This document shows, one piece after another, positions 1-12,600 of a stretch of 64,000 nt of DNA. Below the pieces are notes generated by a model, which worked only from the letters and a program-made list of their open reading frames with translations, did not search any database and was not told the origin of the DNA. How positions within the stretch are numbered: the first letter of the stretch is position 1; each line of letters begins with the position of its first letter. This DNA is from Prorocentrum cordatum (taxonomy: Eukaryota). The stretch covers positions 1-64,000 of the forward strand of contig CAUYUJ010000294.1 of the NCBI GenBank assembly GCA_963575745.1, read 5' to 3'. A program made the position numbers and the translations under genes.

Positions 1-479
1 CAAAACCAATGTTCTCAGAACATGCGCCTGATGTGTTAAAACAAGACGGTCCCGGCCAAGAATGTTTCTAACAACATTTCGTGGGAACCAAACAGGGGCT
101 CTTAGAAGTCTGGTGGGGCTGTAGGCGAGCCGGGACGCTTCGCCACTGCTTGAACGACACCCCCTCCTTGGCCGCCCCTGGCGACCGCCTCCCCGCCGCG
201 CCTCCCCCCCCCGCCAGCACGGGCGACGGCCCCGCACGCGGCGCCGGAGCCGCCGAGGCGGGGGCGAGGCCCATCAATCCAACAAAGGGCGCCGCCGCGG
301 GGCGCGGGCGCAGCCGCGCTCCCCCACGGACGAGGCAGGGGCGCGGCGCGCGCGGCGCGCGCCCTGGCGCCTCCCTCTTTTGGGTGCTCCCGGCTGCTGC
401 CGCTCCTGCCTCGGCGCCCCCACCCCCCCCCTCCTAGCTGCAGGTGCTCGTCCCCCGCCGCCTCCTCTGGCCGCGTCCT

Positions 480-1010
480 CCTCCCGTCTCCTATCCCTCC
501 TCCTCGTCCCCCCTCCTCCTCCTCCTCCTCCTCCTCCTCCTCCTCCTCCTCTACTCTCTCCTCCTCCTCCTCCTCCTCCTCCTCATCCTCCTCCTCCTCC
601 TCCTCCTTCCCCTCCTCCTCTCCTCCTCCTCCTCCTCCCCCTCTCTCCTCCTCCTCCTCTCCTCCTCCTCCTCCTCCTCCTCCTCCGCCTCCTCCTCCTC
701 CTCCTCCTCCTCCTCCTCCTCCTCCTCCTCCTCCTCCTCCTCCCTCCTCCTCCTCCTCCTCTCTCCTCCTCCTCCTCCTCCTCCTCCTCCTCCTCCTCCT
801 CCTCTCCTCCTCCTCCTCCTCCTCCTCCTCCTCCTCCGCCTCCTCCTCCTCTCCTCCCTCCTCTCTCCTCTCTTCCTCTCCTCTCTCCTCCTCTTGCAAC
901 TCCTCTCTAGATTAGTATGTCCTCCTCTTCCTCCCTTTTTTTTTCTCCGCCTCCTCCTTCTTCCTTCTCCTCCTCCTCCTCCTCCTCCTCCTCCTCCTCC
1001 TCCGCCTCCA
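480..1010. repeat. (CCT)n microsatellite island
   Basis: Seen directly. Confidence 0.95.
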
Positions 1011-1019
1011 CCCACCCCC

Positions 1020-1430
1020 ATGTGCAGGGCGCGCGGGGCGTTTCGCTTGAGGCCCCATGTATGAACTGCGCGACCCGTCTTCCAAGTGTGGTTCTCGTCT
1101 GAGCGCCGCGCACGTTCGTCCTACAATTTCAAAGCACGTCCAAGGATGGAAGGCAGTCCCTTTCCAAAATGCGGCTCTCGCTATAGTACCGCGCGCCTTC
1201 GCTTTAAAAGTTGGCAACAGTGTGAGCGACTCGTATTGCTAAATCCCAGGAATGGCGTTCTGACAGGATTTCAGATTGTCAGGGCGCAACAATTGCGCTC
1301 ATTCGCGGTGTTCGAATCCTAGGAACGGCGTTCTGGAACGATTGTATATTGTCGGGACGTATTTGCCGTGTTGATTCGCGGCGTTGGCGTCCCAGGGATG
1401 GCGTTTTGGCGCGACTAGAAGTTCTCATAT
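1020..1430 (+). repeat. Dispersed repeat, related copy at ~36530-37040
   Basis: Shared CAAAATGYGGCTCTCGC...AGCGCCGCGCAC units and GGAACGGCGTTCTGG motifs. Confidence 0.7.
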
Positions 1431-2683
1431 CAGACGGATCTCTTTCGATGGGGCACTTCCCACAAGAACATGTTATGGAGACCTCTGAAGGGGGATCTTA
1501 GTACTAGTATCCTGATCATAATCCTTATTATTATGATTCTTGCTAGTACGCATACTATCATTATTTTCAAACGTATTCGTATTATTGCTGTTATTGATAT
1601 AAGTCGTTGCATTATTACCCGTCGTCGTATTATTTCTCTTATTGATATTATTATCCTCCTCCTCCTCCTCCTCCTCCTCCTCTTCATCCTCCTTATTATT
1701 CTCATTATCAGTATGGTATGATTATTGTTATAATTCTTAATAATATCGATATTGGCCGTATCATTGTTCGTGATAGTGTTATTCGTGTTCGCCTTCTTAT
1801 TCGTCTCGATAACCCTCTTCTTATTGTTCTTATTTTGAGTATTCATATTATTATGCTTCTGCTTCTTCCTCCTCCTCCTCCTCATCCTCCTCCTTCTGCT
1901 TCTGCTTCTGCTTCTTCCTCCTCCTCCTCCTCCTTTCCCTTCTCACATTGCAGCTCCTCCTCTGGTTGCCGCCGCTGCTTTGCGAGTGCTCTCTTGGCGG
2001 CACGGACAGGACACCGATGCCGCGACTCCGTGGACCTCCCCTTGCGTGGCGCCTTCGTGCACGGACTCCGCAGGAACCCGGCCGTGGCGACGAGGGCCTT
2101 CCGGGAAGGGGTGGCTGCCCAGCCGTCGTGCCGCAGTCCACGAGAGGCCACGCGACAGGGCTCGAGGCTCTCCCGACAGCAGCATGGCCTCCGGCAACAA
2201 ACAGGACGCAGGGGTGTCCTTCGCCGCGAAGGTGTCCTGTGGCCTTGCTCTTGCAGGGTCGACTTGCCAAGGCACCCCGACTGTACCATGAGGAGATGCT
2301 GAAGAAGGGACGAAAGGGGCACTTCTGGTCACAGCGAGCCTCGGCCACGAGCACTTCCTGATCCTGAAGTGGCCCGTATTTACGGGGCGTGAAAACGACC
2401 GCAGCCACTGCTTTTCTTTTGTTGCCGCCTTCCAGCCCGCAGAAACGAAGCAGTGGTTGTGGCCATTTTCGTGGAGCTTGGCACCCGGGACATGGCCACA
2501 ACCGCTGCTCCTGTTTCGGCCGGCTGGAAGCCGGCGCAAACAAGAAGAAGTGGCTGTGGTCATTTTCCCGTCGCGCAGCATTTCAGCGTCTTGACCATGT
2601 CGGTAATTACCACGTCCTCCTCTGACCCCTCTGGCCCCCCGCTGCCCCGGGGCGTCCCGCGCTCCCGCCTATACCTGGGCCGC

Positions 2684-2753
2684 TCACTTCTTGATGGGGA
2701 TCTGCACGCCGACCACGAAGTTCGAGCTCGGCAGCCCGAGAGCCGAGAGGTAC
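2684..2753 (-). CDS. SPOC gene terminal exon ([22 protein letters not shown])
   Basis: Pyrimidine-rich CTCCTCTCTGCAG|G acceptor, GC3-rich codons, TGA at 2686-2684; phase matches the previous exon. Confidence 0.85.
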
Positions 2754-5700
2754 CTGCAGAGAGGAGGCGGCGGAGATCAGAACGGAGGGCACCGAGATTA
2801 CCAGCCTAGAACATATCTCCCTATCCCTATGCTGGGCACCTCCTCATCACGATGCCGATCTTAGGGGTTCCCTTATTTTTTGGGGGCGAATCCCTAAGAT
2901 TGTCATCGCCTTTTGGCGTGTCAGTCTTAGGGATAGGGATACGTTCGAGGCTGGTAATGAGACGAAGCCGAGACCAGGACAGATGGGGATCTCTGAAACC
3001 CCGGCGGCTCTGGAGGATTTATCGGGCGCTGCGGCCGTTCCAGAGCGCTCCGGAACGCTCTGAGTGAAGGGGCCATGGGACACACAAAGAAATAGGCACA
3101 ACTAACGGGATTCCCCGATATTTTCTAATATTTTCGGGGTCTTGTCTTCCCCCCACTTCCCATATTTTCGCATAGTTTCTGGGGAATCGACGATTCATTG
3201 TGTCTGTGCTTTTTTCCCCTCCTGACTGAGGGCGTTCCTGAACAACGAAGAGCGATGTGTCCAGGTCCCGGGCAGGCCCGAGATGTGGCGGCCCCCATCC
3301 CTGGCCCTGTGGCGTGTTCGACCGGACAAACATGGAGCCCAACATTGGGGTCTACGATGGGGCGACGTGCCTCCTCGAGAAGGGTGCGTCCGAAGAGCCC
3401 CCCGGGGGGGTCCCCCCGAGTTTCCCTTCTGTTCCGAGCGACGAGTGCTGGGGGGAGAGTAACTCGAGGACCCTCCCCCTCGATCCACCTCCTCAAGAGG
3501 CCACACGAGCAGCCTCCAGATTCGGCCAGTCCCGTCCGCCACTTGGACTTATGTTGCTCCCATCGTACTTTAAGGGCCACATGCCAGAAAACAAATTCGA
3601 GCACCCAGAAAAGTATCGAAACAATGTCGAACCAATATCGCCTCCCAGGGCCGGACACGTGAAAACCCTCAATCCTCGGAACCTTCTCAGTGCTCGAAAT
3701 TACTTCTCGGGATCAAGGCGAAAGTAGGCTGGAACATCATGAACGTGGACTCGAGAATGGCCCTCCGCCAGACGCTTCAGAAGAACGCTTGAAGAGACAT
3801 CGTGCTCCCTTCCGACCTCCACGCTGTGATGCCTTTACTTGGCGGCGCGCACAAGGAGGTAGGGGGAGGGGGGAAGGCTTCTTAGAAACACCCTGCTTCT
3901 TAGAAGGCCTCGGCCTTACGTCTATAGAGAAGGCCCGCGCCTTCTAAAAAGCAGGGGTGCTTCTAAGAAGCCTTCCCCCCTCCCCCTACCCCCCTCTGCG
4001 CGTTGCCAATTTACCTGGGCCGCCTCACTTCGCGCCGCGCGCCCCCGCGATTCGCTTCGCCCCGTCGAGTCCAGGCGCCGACCCCTTCTGGAGAGGGGGG
4101 CACAATCTGCAGCCCAGGCTTCGACACGCACGACGCGCGAGTTCTCGTCGCGCCCCCGCGGGCGGTGCCGCTTCTCTCGCGCCTCCGCGTGCCGAGATAG
4201 CCGGCACGACCCGTCGCTCCCGAGGCGCCCGACGAGGCATCCCCCTCCCCTCCCTCGGCCCGCGCGGCAAGCGCCGCTCGCGCGGAGCACTCCTCGGTCG
4301 GCGGCACCACGTAGACGTAGTACGAGGGCGTCTGTACCAGCCTGGCTGCGCCAGGGCCGGGCGACCCTGCGCACGACCAGCCGAGCACCGAGCACCGGCC
4401 CCACTCCCGATCTCGAGGCGTCTCCCCCGCCCCCCTCCTGCCAGGTCTGCTGCCAAGCGCTTGGGCCAACATCCGAGGAGGAGGAGGAGGAGGAGGAAGA
4501 GGAGGAGGAGGGGAAGAAGGGGGAGGAGGAGGGGGAGAAGGAGGAGGGGGGGGGATGAGGAGGGGGGGGAGGGGGATGAGGAGGAGGAGGAGGAGGACGA
4601 GGAGGAGGCGGAGGGGGATGAGGAGGGAGGCGTTCGAAGAGACCTGCCTCAGTCGGGGCTCTGAGGCGCCCCCGCCTGAACTCCTCGGCGAAGATTGCAG
4701 CGACCCTCGCCTTCGAAGAGTAGGATGCGGCTTGGCCATCGACTTAAGTCGGGCCTGCCCTCCTACAGGGGGGTTTTGGACGACAAATACAAAATAGCCC
4801 CACCCAAAATACCCCCCCAACTTGCCAACAATCCAAAAAGTCGTCCTCAGACTATGTTTTAACTTGTGTTTTTTCCTCTGCGAGCCAGTGGGCAGGACCG
4901 AGGGGAGACAGTCGCCAACACCGCGCACGGGCGCGCACTGAGTGTGCTGGGTTTACCTGCATGCCAGGTTCAGCACAGACGCCTGAAACAAACGTTCACA
5001 CGACGTGGAACTGTCAAACAGAAGGGACCGGCCCGACTTAACAGTATATTCGGATCTCTCTTCAAACATGGGGTCGCAAGTCCCAGCTTGGGGCGACCTG
5101 CCTGGGAACCGACAAACAGTGGCGCGGAGCGAGCTGCTTGATTTCCTCCCCGCCCTTGAGCGGGCCGGCGGGGCAATCACCTACACCACCGACAATGCTA
5201 AGCGTGTGCTCGGACTGATCTTGTGGACGCGGCGATGTGTTTTCCCCAACGGCCGAGAACGCTGATATGTGATTCCAGGTATGCCGGGTTGCAAGGCAAA
5301 ACACTTCACTCGAATGTGCGGCAAGATCGGCCAGCATCGAATCGAAAAAGCACACAAAAAACATACTGTGCTTCGGATCGGGCCGCATTCGGCAGGACAT
5401 CGAAATCGAATCGGATCGGCTGCGCCAAAATGGACAACAACGCCATGGAAATATCGGGCCGTGCGGCAAGATCGGTCACCATCGAATCGGGAAATCAGAT
5501 CGAATCAAAACGTGCGTCGGATCGGGTCGCTTTGGCATGACATCGAAATCCAACTGGATCGGCTGCAACAAGACGCACAAACGACGCACTGGGAACAACG
5601 GGCCGCATGGGACCGCCGGAGAATCGAAATCGAATCGGATCGAACCTGCCGAAACCGGCATCGAATCGGATGGATCGATGGGATCGACATGGGCCCTGAT

Positions 5701-6324
5701 GTACACGTCGTCCGACAGAAGTAGTTTATGTAACTGTATAGTCTATATACATATAACATGAAGCAGGAAGGCGGCTAAAACAGATCGGGTCAAGGACTTC
5801 CCAGAGAACAAGAGAACACGGCAAAAACAGATCGGTTCTTGATTGAAGTAGGGAGGCGCTTGAAAAAACTTAGGATCTGGGAATTCAGAAACCGGGGATC
5901 TGCTGACTCGGGTCAATCCAGACCCTGGCCAGTTGGGTTTGCAGGATCCTGCGAGATCCGGCAGGATCATGCAGCCAAGCCAGGGCCTATGCACCCTCGG
6001 CCCTGCAGGATCCTGCAAGATCTGGCGCTCTCACTGACCCCCGTCTACAGTGACCCCCGTCGTTTGAGAACCGAAGAAGAACATACTTTCAACGACTGGC
6101 GTGTACTCCAAATCTCATATTGATGGTCCCCCAGGGCCGGATTTTTAAGGAGCCCTTTTTGTAACTGGGGGGGGGCAATTTATTATAGCGCTTTCTTTGG
6201 ATTGGAGCTTAGGAGGAACGGTTTATTAAGGCACCCCGTCGAAGAAGGGGGTCCAGAATATTAAGTCGGCTTTTTAGGGAGGGGTCGATTCTCCTCCTCC
6301 TTATCATCATCAACAGCATCATAG

Positions 6325-6366
<42 letters not shown>

Positions 6367-6637
6367 GCATTATCATCAGTATCATCGGCATCAGCATCAC
6401 CATCACCAGCATCATCATCGTCATCATCACCAGCAGCATCAGCATCAGCATCATCATCAGCAGCATCACCATCAGCAGCATCATAATCATCAATATCAAT
6501 ATCATCCTTATTATCATCATCATGGTCATCAGCACCATCATCATCACCAGCATCATCGTCATCATAATACTCATAATCATCTGCATCATCATCAAACTCA
6601 CAATCATCAGCATCAGCATCATCATCGGCATCACCAG

Positions 6638-6691
<54 letters not shown>

Positions 6692-9600
6692 GTGCATGAT
6701 CATGATCATGACCATCATCATCACCATCACCAACACCAGCATCATCATAATCATAAGAACCCTTAGTATCATCATCATCATTATCATCATCATCATCAGC
6801 AGCAGCACCATCATCACCATCACCATCATCATCACCACCATCATCATGGCCCTCCTCCTCCCTCCTCCTCCTCCTCCTCCTCAACTTCCTCCTCCTCCTC
6901 TTCCTCCCTTCTCATCGGGGAGACGTACGACTGGGGTTCGGGGGACTCGGGTTGGCCTGACGGGGCCATCATGAAATTGACGAGACCCAATCTGAAATCT
7001 GAATCATGAAAATGACGAGACCCAATCTCAAACACCCAGCGAAAAGAGGACCGTCCAACTCAGGGACGCGCTCATCGAAAAACGTCGGCTAATCCTGGTT
7101 CCGGTTTGCTCGAGTCTTGCGTCTGCCCGGTCTCAGACGGGCCGCGAGGACAAAAACTCCTAATGTTACTCCCTCTCGTTGTCGTCTGACGAAGCCTCCC
7201 ATGGCTCCTCCTCCTCCTCCTCCCTCCTCTGGCTCCCTCTCGCCCTCCTCCTCCTCCTCCTCCTCCTCCTCCTCCTCCTCCTCCTCCTCCTCCTCCTCCT
7301 CCTCCTCCTCCCCTTCTCCTTCCTCTCCTTCTCCTTCTCGCCCTCCTCTTGCTCCTCTCGCCCTCCTCCTCCCTCTCCTTCTCTTCCCCCCCCCCAGTAC
7401 GAGGGGCACGGCGGGGCCGGGAGCGGGCGAGATGATTCGCCCTGCGCCGTCGGGGTGCGTGTGTTGCTCAGCACGTTTGAGACGTTGACGGCCGATGCCT
7501 CCGAGGAGCCTCGAGGAGCCGGTGCCAAGCTAATTAGCACCGCCCCTCAGGAAATAGCAAGTCGCGCGTGCGGCGCAGGAGCTCGGCAACCAACAAAAAA
7601 AACATCCGGTTGGATATCCGGTGCGTCGCCCTGGGGACAATGGATGACATCATCTCTGAGCCCCCTGACCGTCGCGGGGTGCACGTCTGTTGTGGGGGCT
7701 GCTTCTTGCTCCGCAACAAGCGAAGCGAGACGGACCCAAAAACAGAGGCCCGACACACACACACACACGGGATGGAACAGCAGGAGTCAGGAGGAGCAGG
7801 AGGGGAACGACGCAGAGGAGGATGAGGTTGAGAGAGGGGTGAGGGAAAGGAGGACGAGACACGGAGTGACGGACACTGCGAGATTTGTCGGTTGCGAAAT
7901 CAAACATTCGTTTGCTTTCCGTGTGGCTTGCTCAACAAGCCACCCCAGAGCCATTCTAAGGATGGCATCAGATCGCGTACGTACGTGACGCCTGCTTCGG
8001 ACCTGGGTCCCCAAGCTTGCCAATTCCTGGGCCGCAAAGCTCCCACATAATCTACATCGTCAAATCCCCAGCCCAGCGTGAATCATTAATGATAGGAAGT
8101 GTCCGCGAACCCCCCACCCCGCATCGAGCCCTACATGCGCCCTCTCGTGAAACACAATTCTTTCTTTCTTGGCCGTCCACATACACACTAACATGGCAAC
8201 AACCAGGAAGGCCAGGTGGAAAGGTCTGCGCCCCCATCACAGCCCCAGGGCCCCACCACCAGATCGGGGAGCTTCGAGGAGGCACCGCTATTCCCTGCTA
8301 AGACGGAACAAGCTGGCCCCAACACGGTCCAAGAGAACCCTACCGCAGTCGAAAACGTCCTCCAGACGGCGGCCAGGTGGCTCCCCTCATCGAACTAGGC
8401 GGCCCCAAGAAGATAACCAAGATGCCCCTGCGAAGAAACGTCAAATTTGAACACCTAAATTTCCACTGGTTGCACCGTGGGCGCCTTTGCCAGCTACAGA
8501 ACAGACAGGATTGCCCAAATCATTCTCAACAACGCCCAGTGTGGAACAACTAGGACCCCGCAAGGGCATTCGCGCGAGGCCACAGACGGACGAAGACACG
8601 CAGAAGACTGGCCAAGAGAGCACCAAGGCGCCCCATGATGCCTCCCAGATGGCCCCAGGACGGCCCTCGGCAACCCTCTCCTCGACGGGGGAGGATGCGG
8701 GGAGCGGGGACGAGAGAAGGGGAGGAAGGGGAGGGAGGGTTGGTGGGAGGGGGCGATGTTGAGCAAGCGGAGAAGAAGCAAGTGGATGTGCAGGAGGGAA
8801 GGCGTGGATGATTGAGCACAGTAGAATATCCTAATGGACCTCTGAAACAAAACAGCCTCGAGCAAGCTAGGAGCTCTGCGCGCTGCTTCGGCAGCTGGGC
8901 CTCGCCTGTGGGCGCCGGTGGCCTGTCGTGGCAGGCGTGGACAAGTAGGGTCAGGTCGGGCACGTCCTCCTAGAGGCGGAACTTGGAGGACACATAAAAA
9001 ACATAGTCAACAATATTCAAAAAACTGCCAAGAATATTAGAAAAATCGCCCCCTGACAATTTTTGCGTATTTGTAAATATTCCTCCTGTGGGGGGGGGGC
9101 ATGCCCGCCTTACAAGGTAGGGCGAGGAAGATGGAGGCACCAAGGCGCGGCCTAGTGTCAGCGCAACTCCTTGACAACCCCTGCGGTGCGAAGGCCGGGC
9201 CTGCGAGGAGTGGACGAGGGGCCCTCTCTCGGGGAGACCGAATGGGGCCCTGGGACGTAACAGGATTGCCTCTATTTTCCTATATTTTCTGGGTTTCTGT
9301 CTTCCCCCCCACTTCCCATATTTTCGCATAATTTCCTATGTTTTCCCATAATTTCCCATGTTTTCCCATAATTTCCCATGTTTTCCTATAATTTCCCATG
9401 TTTTCCTATACTTTCCGGGGAATCGACGACTCATTGTGTCTCTGTGTGTTTTCCCCCTCCTGAGAGACGTCTTGCTCAGGGTCGAGACTCCGAGGAGGGA
9501 AAAAGGCATACCCACACCTCTACCCTCTCCTCGTACTTCCCCTCTTCCCGGGAGCGGCCAAGAGGGGGGTGTCCAAGAGGGGGGGGTGCAAATCATGACC

Positions 9601-12600
9601 GGCGGCATGTGCGCGGCCCAGCGGGGGGGCCAGGGACGTAATGAAATAAGAAGAGGCGCCATGAAATCTGGGGAAATATCATGGCCCACACCATGATATC
9701 CACCCCCCCCTAGTCATCACCCCCCTCTTTGCCGCCCCCGAGTTTCGGGGATGGACATGAGCCCCTTCAGTGAACGTGGCTCAGCGACAACGGCCTCGGG
9801 CCCAACCTTGGGCCCAACAGAGCTCCGAGGATGGACAAGGCAAGTACCCATACCTCGACCCTTTCCTCGCTCTCCCCCTTCTGGGCCTCCTCGGAGGCCC
9901 TCGTCGCCACCGCTGGACTCGCCCCGAAATTTTGGGTCAGAGCGCACCCCGGGAGAGGTCCGTGGAGTGGCGGTATCGGCACCTTCCCCAGACATGCGAC
10001 GTCCTGATGTTTTCAAGACGGCGCCCCGGAAGTCCCGACCCGTTCCCCATGACCAGCTTCTCCTCCCGAGTCGTTTTTGTCTACGGTCCCGAGGCCCGGC
10101 GAGGGCTCCCTGGGGCCGAAAACGGGCCAAAACGCCCGCCGTCCTGATTTTGCACGACGCGATCGTGTATGGGTCTGGTGACCCCAGAGACTGACCAGCC
10201 TGGAACATATTCCTATCCCTATGTTCGGAATCGCCTCATCACGATGCCAATCTTAGGGATTCCCTTATTTTTTCAAGGCTAATCCGTAAGATTGTCATCA
10301 CCTTTTGGCGTGTCAATCTTAGGGATAGGGATACGTTCGAGGCTGGTAACCAGGGACATCACGGGGCGCGACGCGCGCACGGAGCAGGCCACCCGACGCG
10401 CTGCTTCTCCAGGAAGTAGTCGCACAGCGCGTCGTAGGCGGCGCAGTCCTCGGGCCGCCGCCGTCTGCCGGCGTCGCCCCGCTGCCGCTGCTGAGATGCT
10501 GCTGCTGCTGCTGCTCGCTCGGTCGTCTCCCGCCTCGGCGCTCACATCTGCTGCCTCCTCCTCCTCTTCCTCCTCCTCCTCCTCCTCCTCCTCCTCCTCC
10601 TCCTCCTCCTCCTCCCTCCTCCTCCTCCTGCTTCTCCTCCTCCTCCTCCTCCTCCTCCTCCTCCTCTTCCTCCTCCTCCTTCTCCTCCTCCTCCTCTCTG
10701 CGCTCGGAGTCCAGCTCGGCCTCCCCCTCCCCCCCATCTCTCCCCCTAAAGGGGGACCAGGGACACACGAATAAATAGACGCAACTCCCAGGATGACCGA
10801 CACCGTTCCACATGTTCTGTAGGTTCAGCTCCCCCCCACGTCCCTGTGTTCCGATGTGTTCCCAGGGATCGGCGATTACGTGTGCCTGTGTTTTTGCCCC
10901 TCCTGATCCTCGGCGGTTCAGAGATGGGGCCCTCAGGGATGAGGCCCCAAGGACGAATGGCCCAAGCCAGTGAAGGTTCAGTTTGGGATCCCGCCCTTGT
11001 CCTTAGAATGCCCCATCCCTCAGGACCCCATCTTTGAGCCTCAAACTTTCCCCTGCCCCATTTCACACGCCCCCCTTCCCCCCTGACCATCCTCCACTCT
11101 CCCCCCTCGAGGATAACACCCTCGAGTATCAGAGAGGCACCTCGAAGGATCAGGATCGAAACGCTTGAGAGCGAGATACACCTCCGAGGATCGGAGCGCT
11201 GCCCCTAGAGAAAGGAAGCTCTGCATGACCTCAGATTTTCGACGGTCCGCTCGGATCTCTCGAATCGGCGCTGGATCCTCTCGCTGGCTCGCGGAGCGCG
11301 CCAAGGTCGGCGCCGGAGGCGCCGCCAAGGGGAAGGTTCCAACGCCGACCAAAGACATATGCGCGAACATTCGAAGCTTCCCGAATGTTTCTGTTGATGC
11401 TGTTTTTGCTTGCGCGAGCGATCTCCTTGCAGTGCCCCCCTACCTTAATCGCACACTGAAGAACGAACACGTACCGATGCCGCTGCTCCCCGGTCCTCTC
11501 CTCGGGCTCGTCCTGATCGGAGTGGCAAGGGAACCCAGCCGTGAAGACGAGGGAGGGACACATTGATCGCGCTACCACGAGGAACGCTGGATGAGGAACG
11601 AAGGGGCCTCCTCTGGCCACGGCGAACCTCGGCCAACAGTGTGTGCACCGCCCCAAGTGCAAGGACCTGCCCGAAAACCAGAGCCTGCTGAGCCGAAAGC
11701 GGCCCCTCTCTCTGCGCATTGACCGTCTAGCTCCCTTCGGGTCGGGCGAAAGGGGGGGATAGCAAAGGGGGGGGTTGAGAATCAGCTCAAGTAACTGATT
11801 TTCCCGGCGCCTCCCGGCGCCGGGAGGCGCCCATGTATCGAGGAATGGGCCCCTCAGAGGGGCCGAAACCAGCTGCATGCAGCAAATTTCGTAACCCCCC
11901 CTTTCCCAATCCCCCCTTTCGCCCGGCCCGATCCCTCCCCTGGACAGCCTAAGATTAGGTCGGGCATGTCCCCCTACAGGCGAAATTTGGACGAACAACA
12001 GAAATAATCTAACTATGCCCCCAACATGGTCATACATAGTAGAAACTAGAAACATCGTCGTCCCCAGCCAATTTTGTCTTGATCATGAACCTCCCTCCTG
12101 GAGAGGGACAGGCCCGACTCGAGCCCAGGAGACACGGAGAGCGCCGCCCCCCCGCGCGCGCGGGCCGTCTCCTTGCGGTCGGCGGCGGAGAAGTGCCACA
12201 CCGTCGCGAGCGGGCCGGCCCGGTCCATGTGCGAGCGGCAGTGGGTCACCTCGCAAAGGAGCGGGGGGGGGCCGCGGGGGCACCGGAGCGCCCGCCGGCC
12301 ACGACACGCGCGGCACCGCAGGCGGCCCCGCGGCGAGGGGCCTGTGGTGGGCCTGCTTTGCATTACTACTAGGTCGGACATGTCCCCCTACATGCGGACT
12401 TTGGGTGGAAAAAGGGGCAGACTCAAAAATATGAAATACTAGTCAAAAAAAACAACGTCGTCCCCATCATATTTTTGACTCTGCTTGAATATTCCTCCTG
12501 TAGAGGGGCACGCCCGACGTTACACTACTGCACCTAACCGGGGGACGACCACTCAATAACACTTGCATGGCGCGCTCGGCGCGCCAGACAAAACCAGGAC

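Noticed and set aside
7441..7498. Apparent exon [19 protein letters not shown] joining to an alternative acceptor at 4366
   Set aside because: It is frame-compatible but gives no motif. The 10393-to-4341 join yields the contiguous SPOC motif and is preferred.
8901..8969. Apparent minus-strand exon [23 protein letters not shown]
   Set aside because: Its acceptor and first codons lie inside the TIR of a family-A MITE (8954-8976), and inserting it would break the SPOC RVG-LVQ motif.
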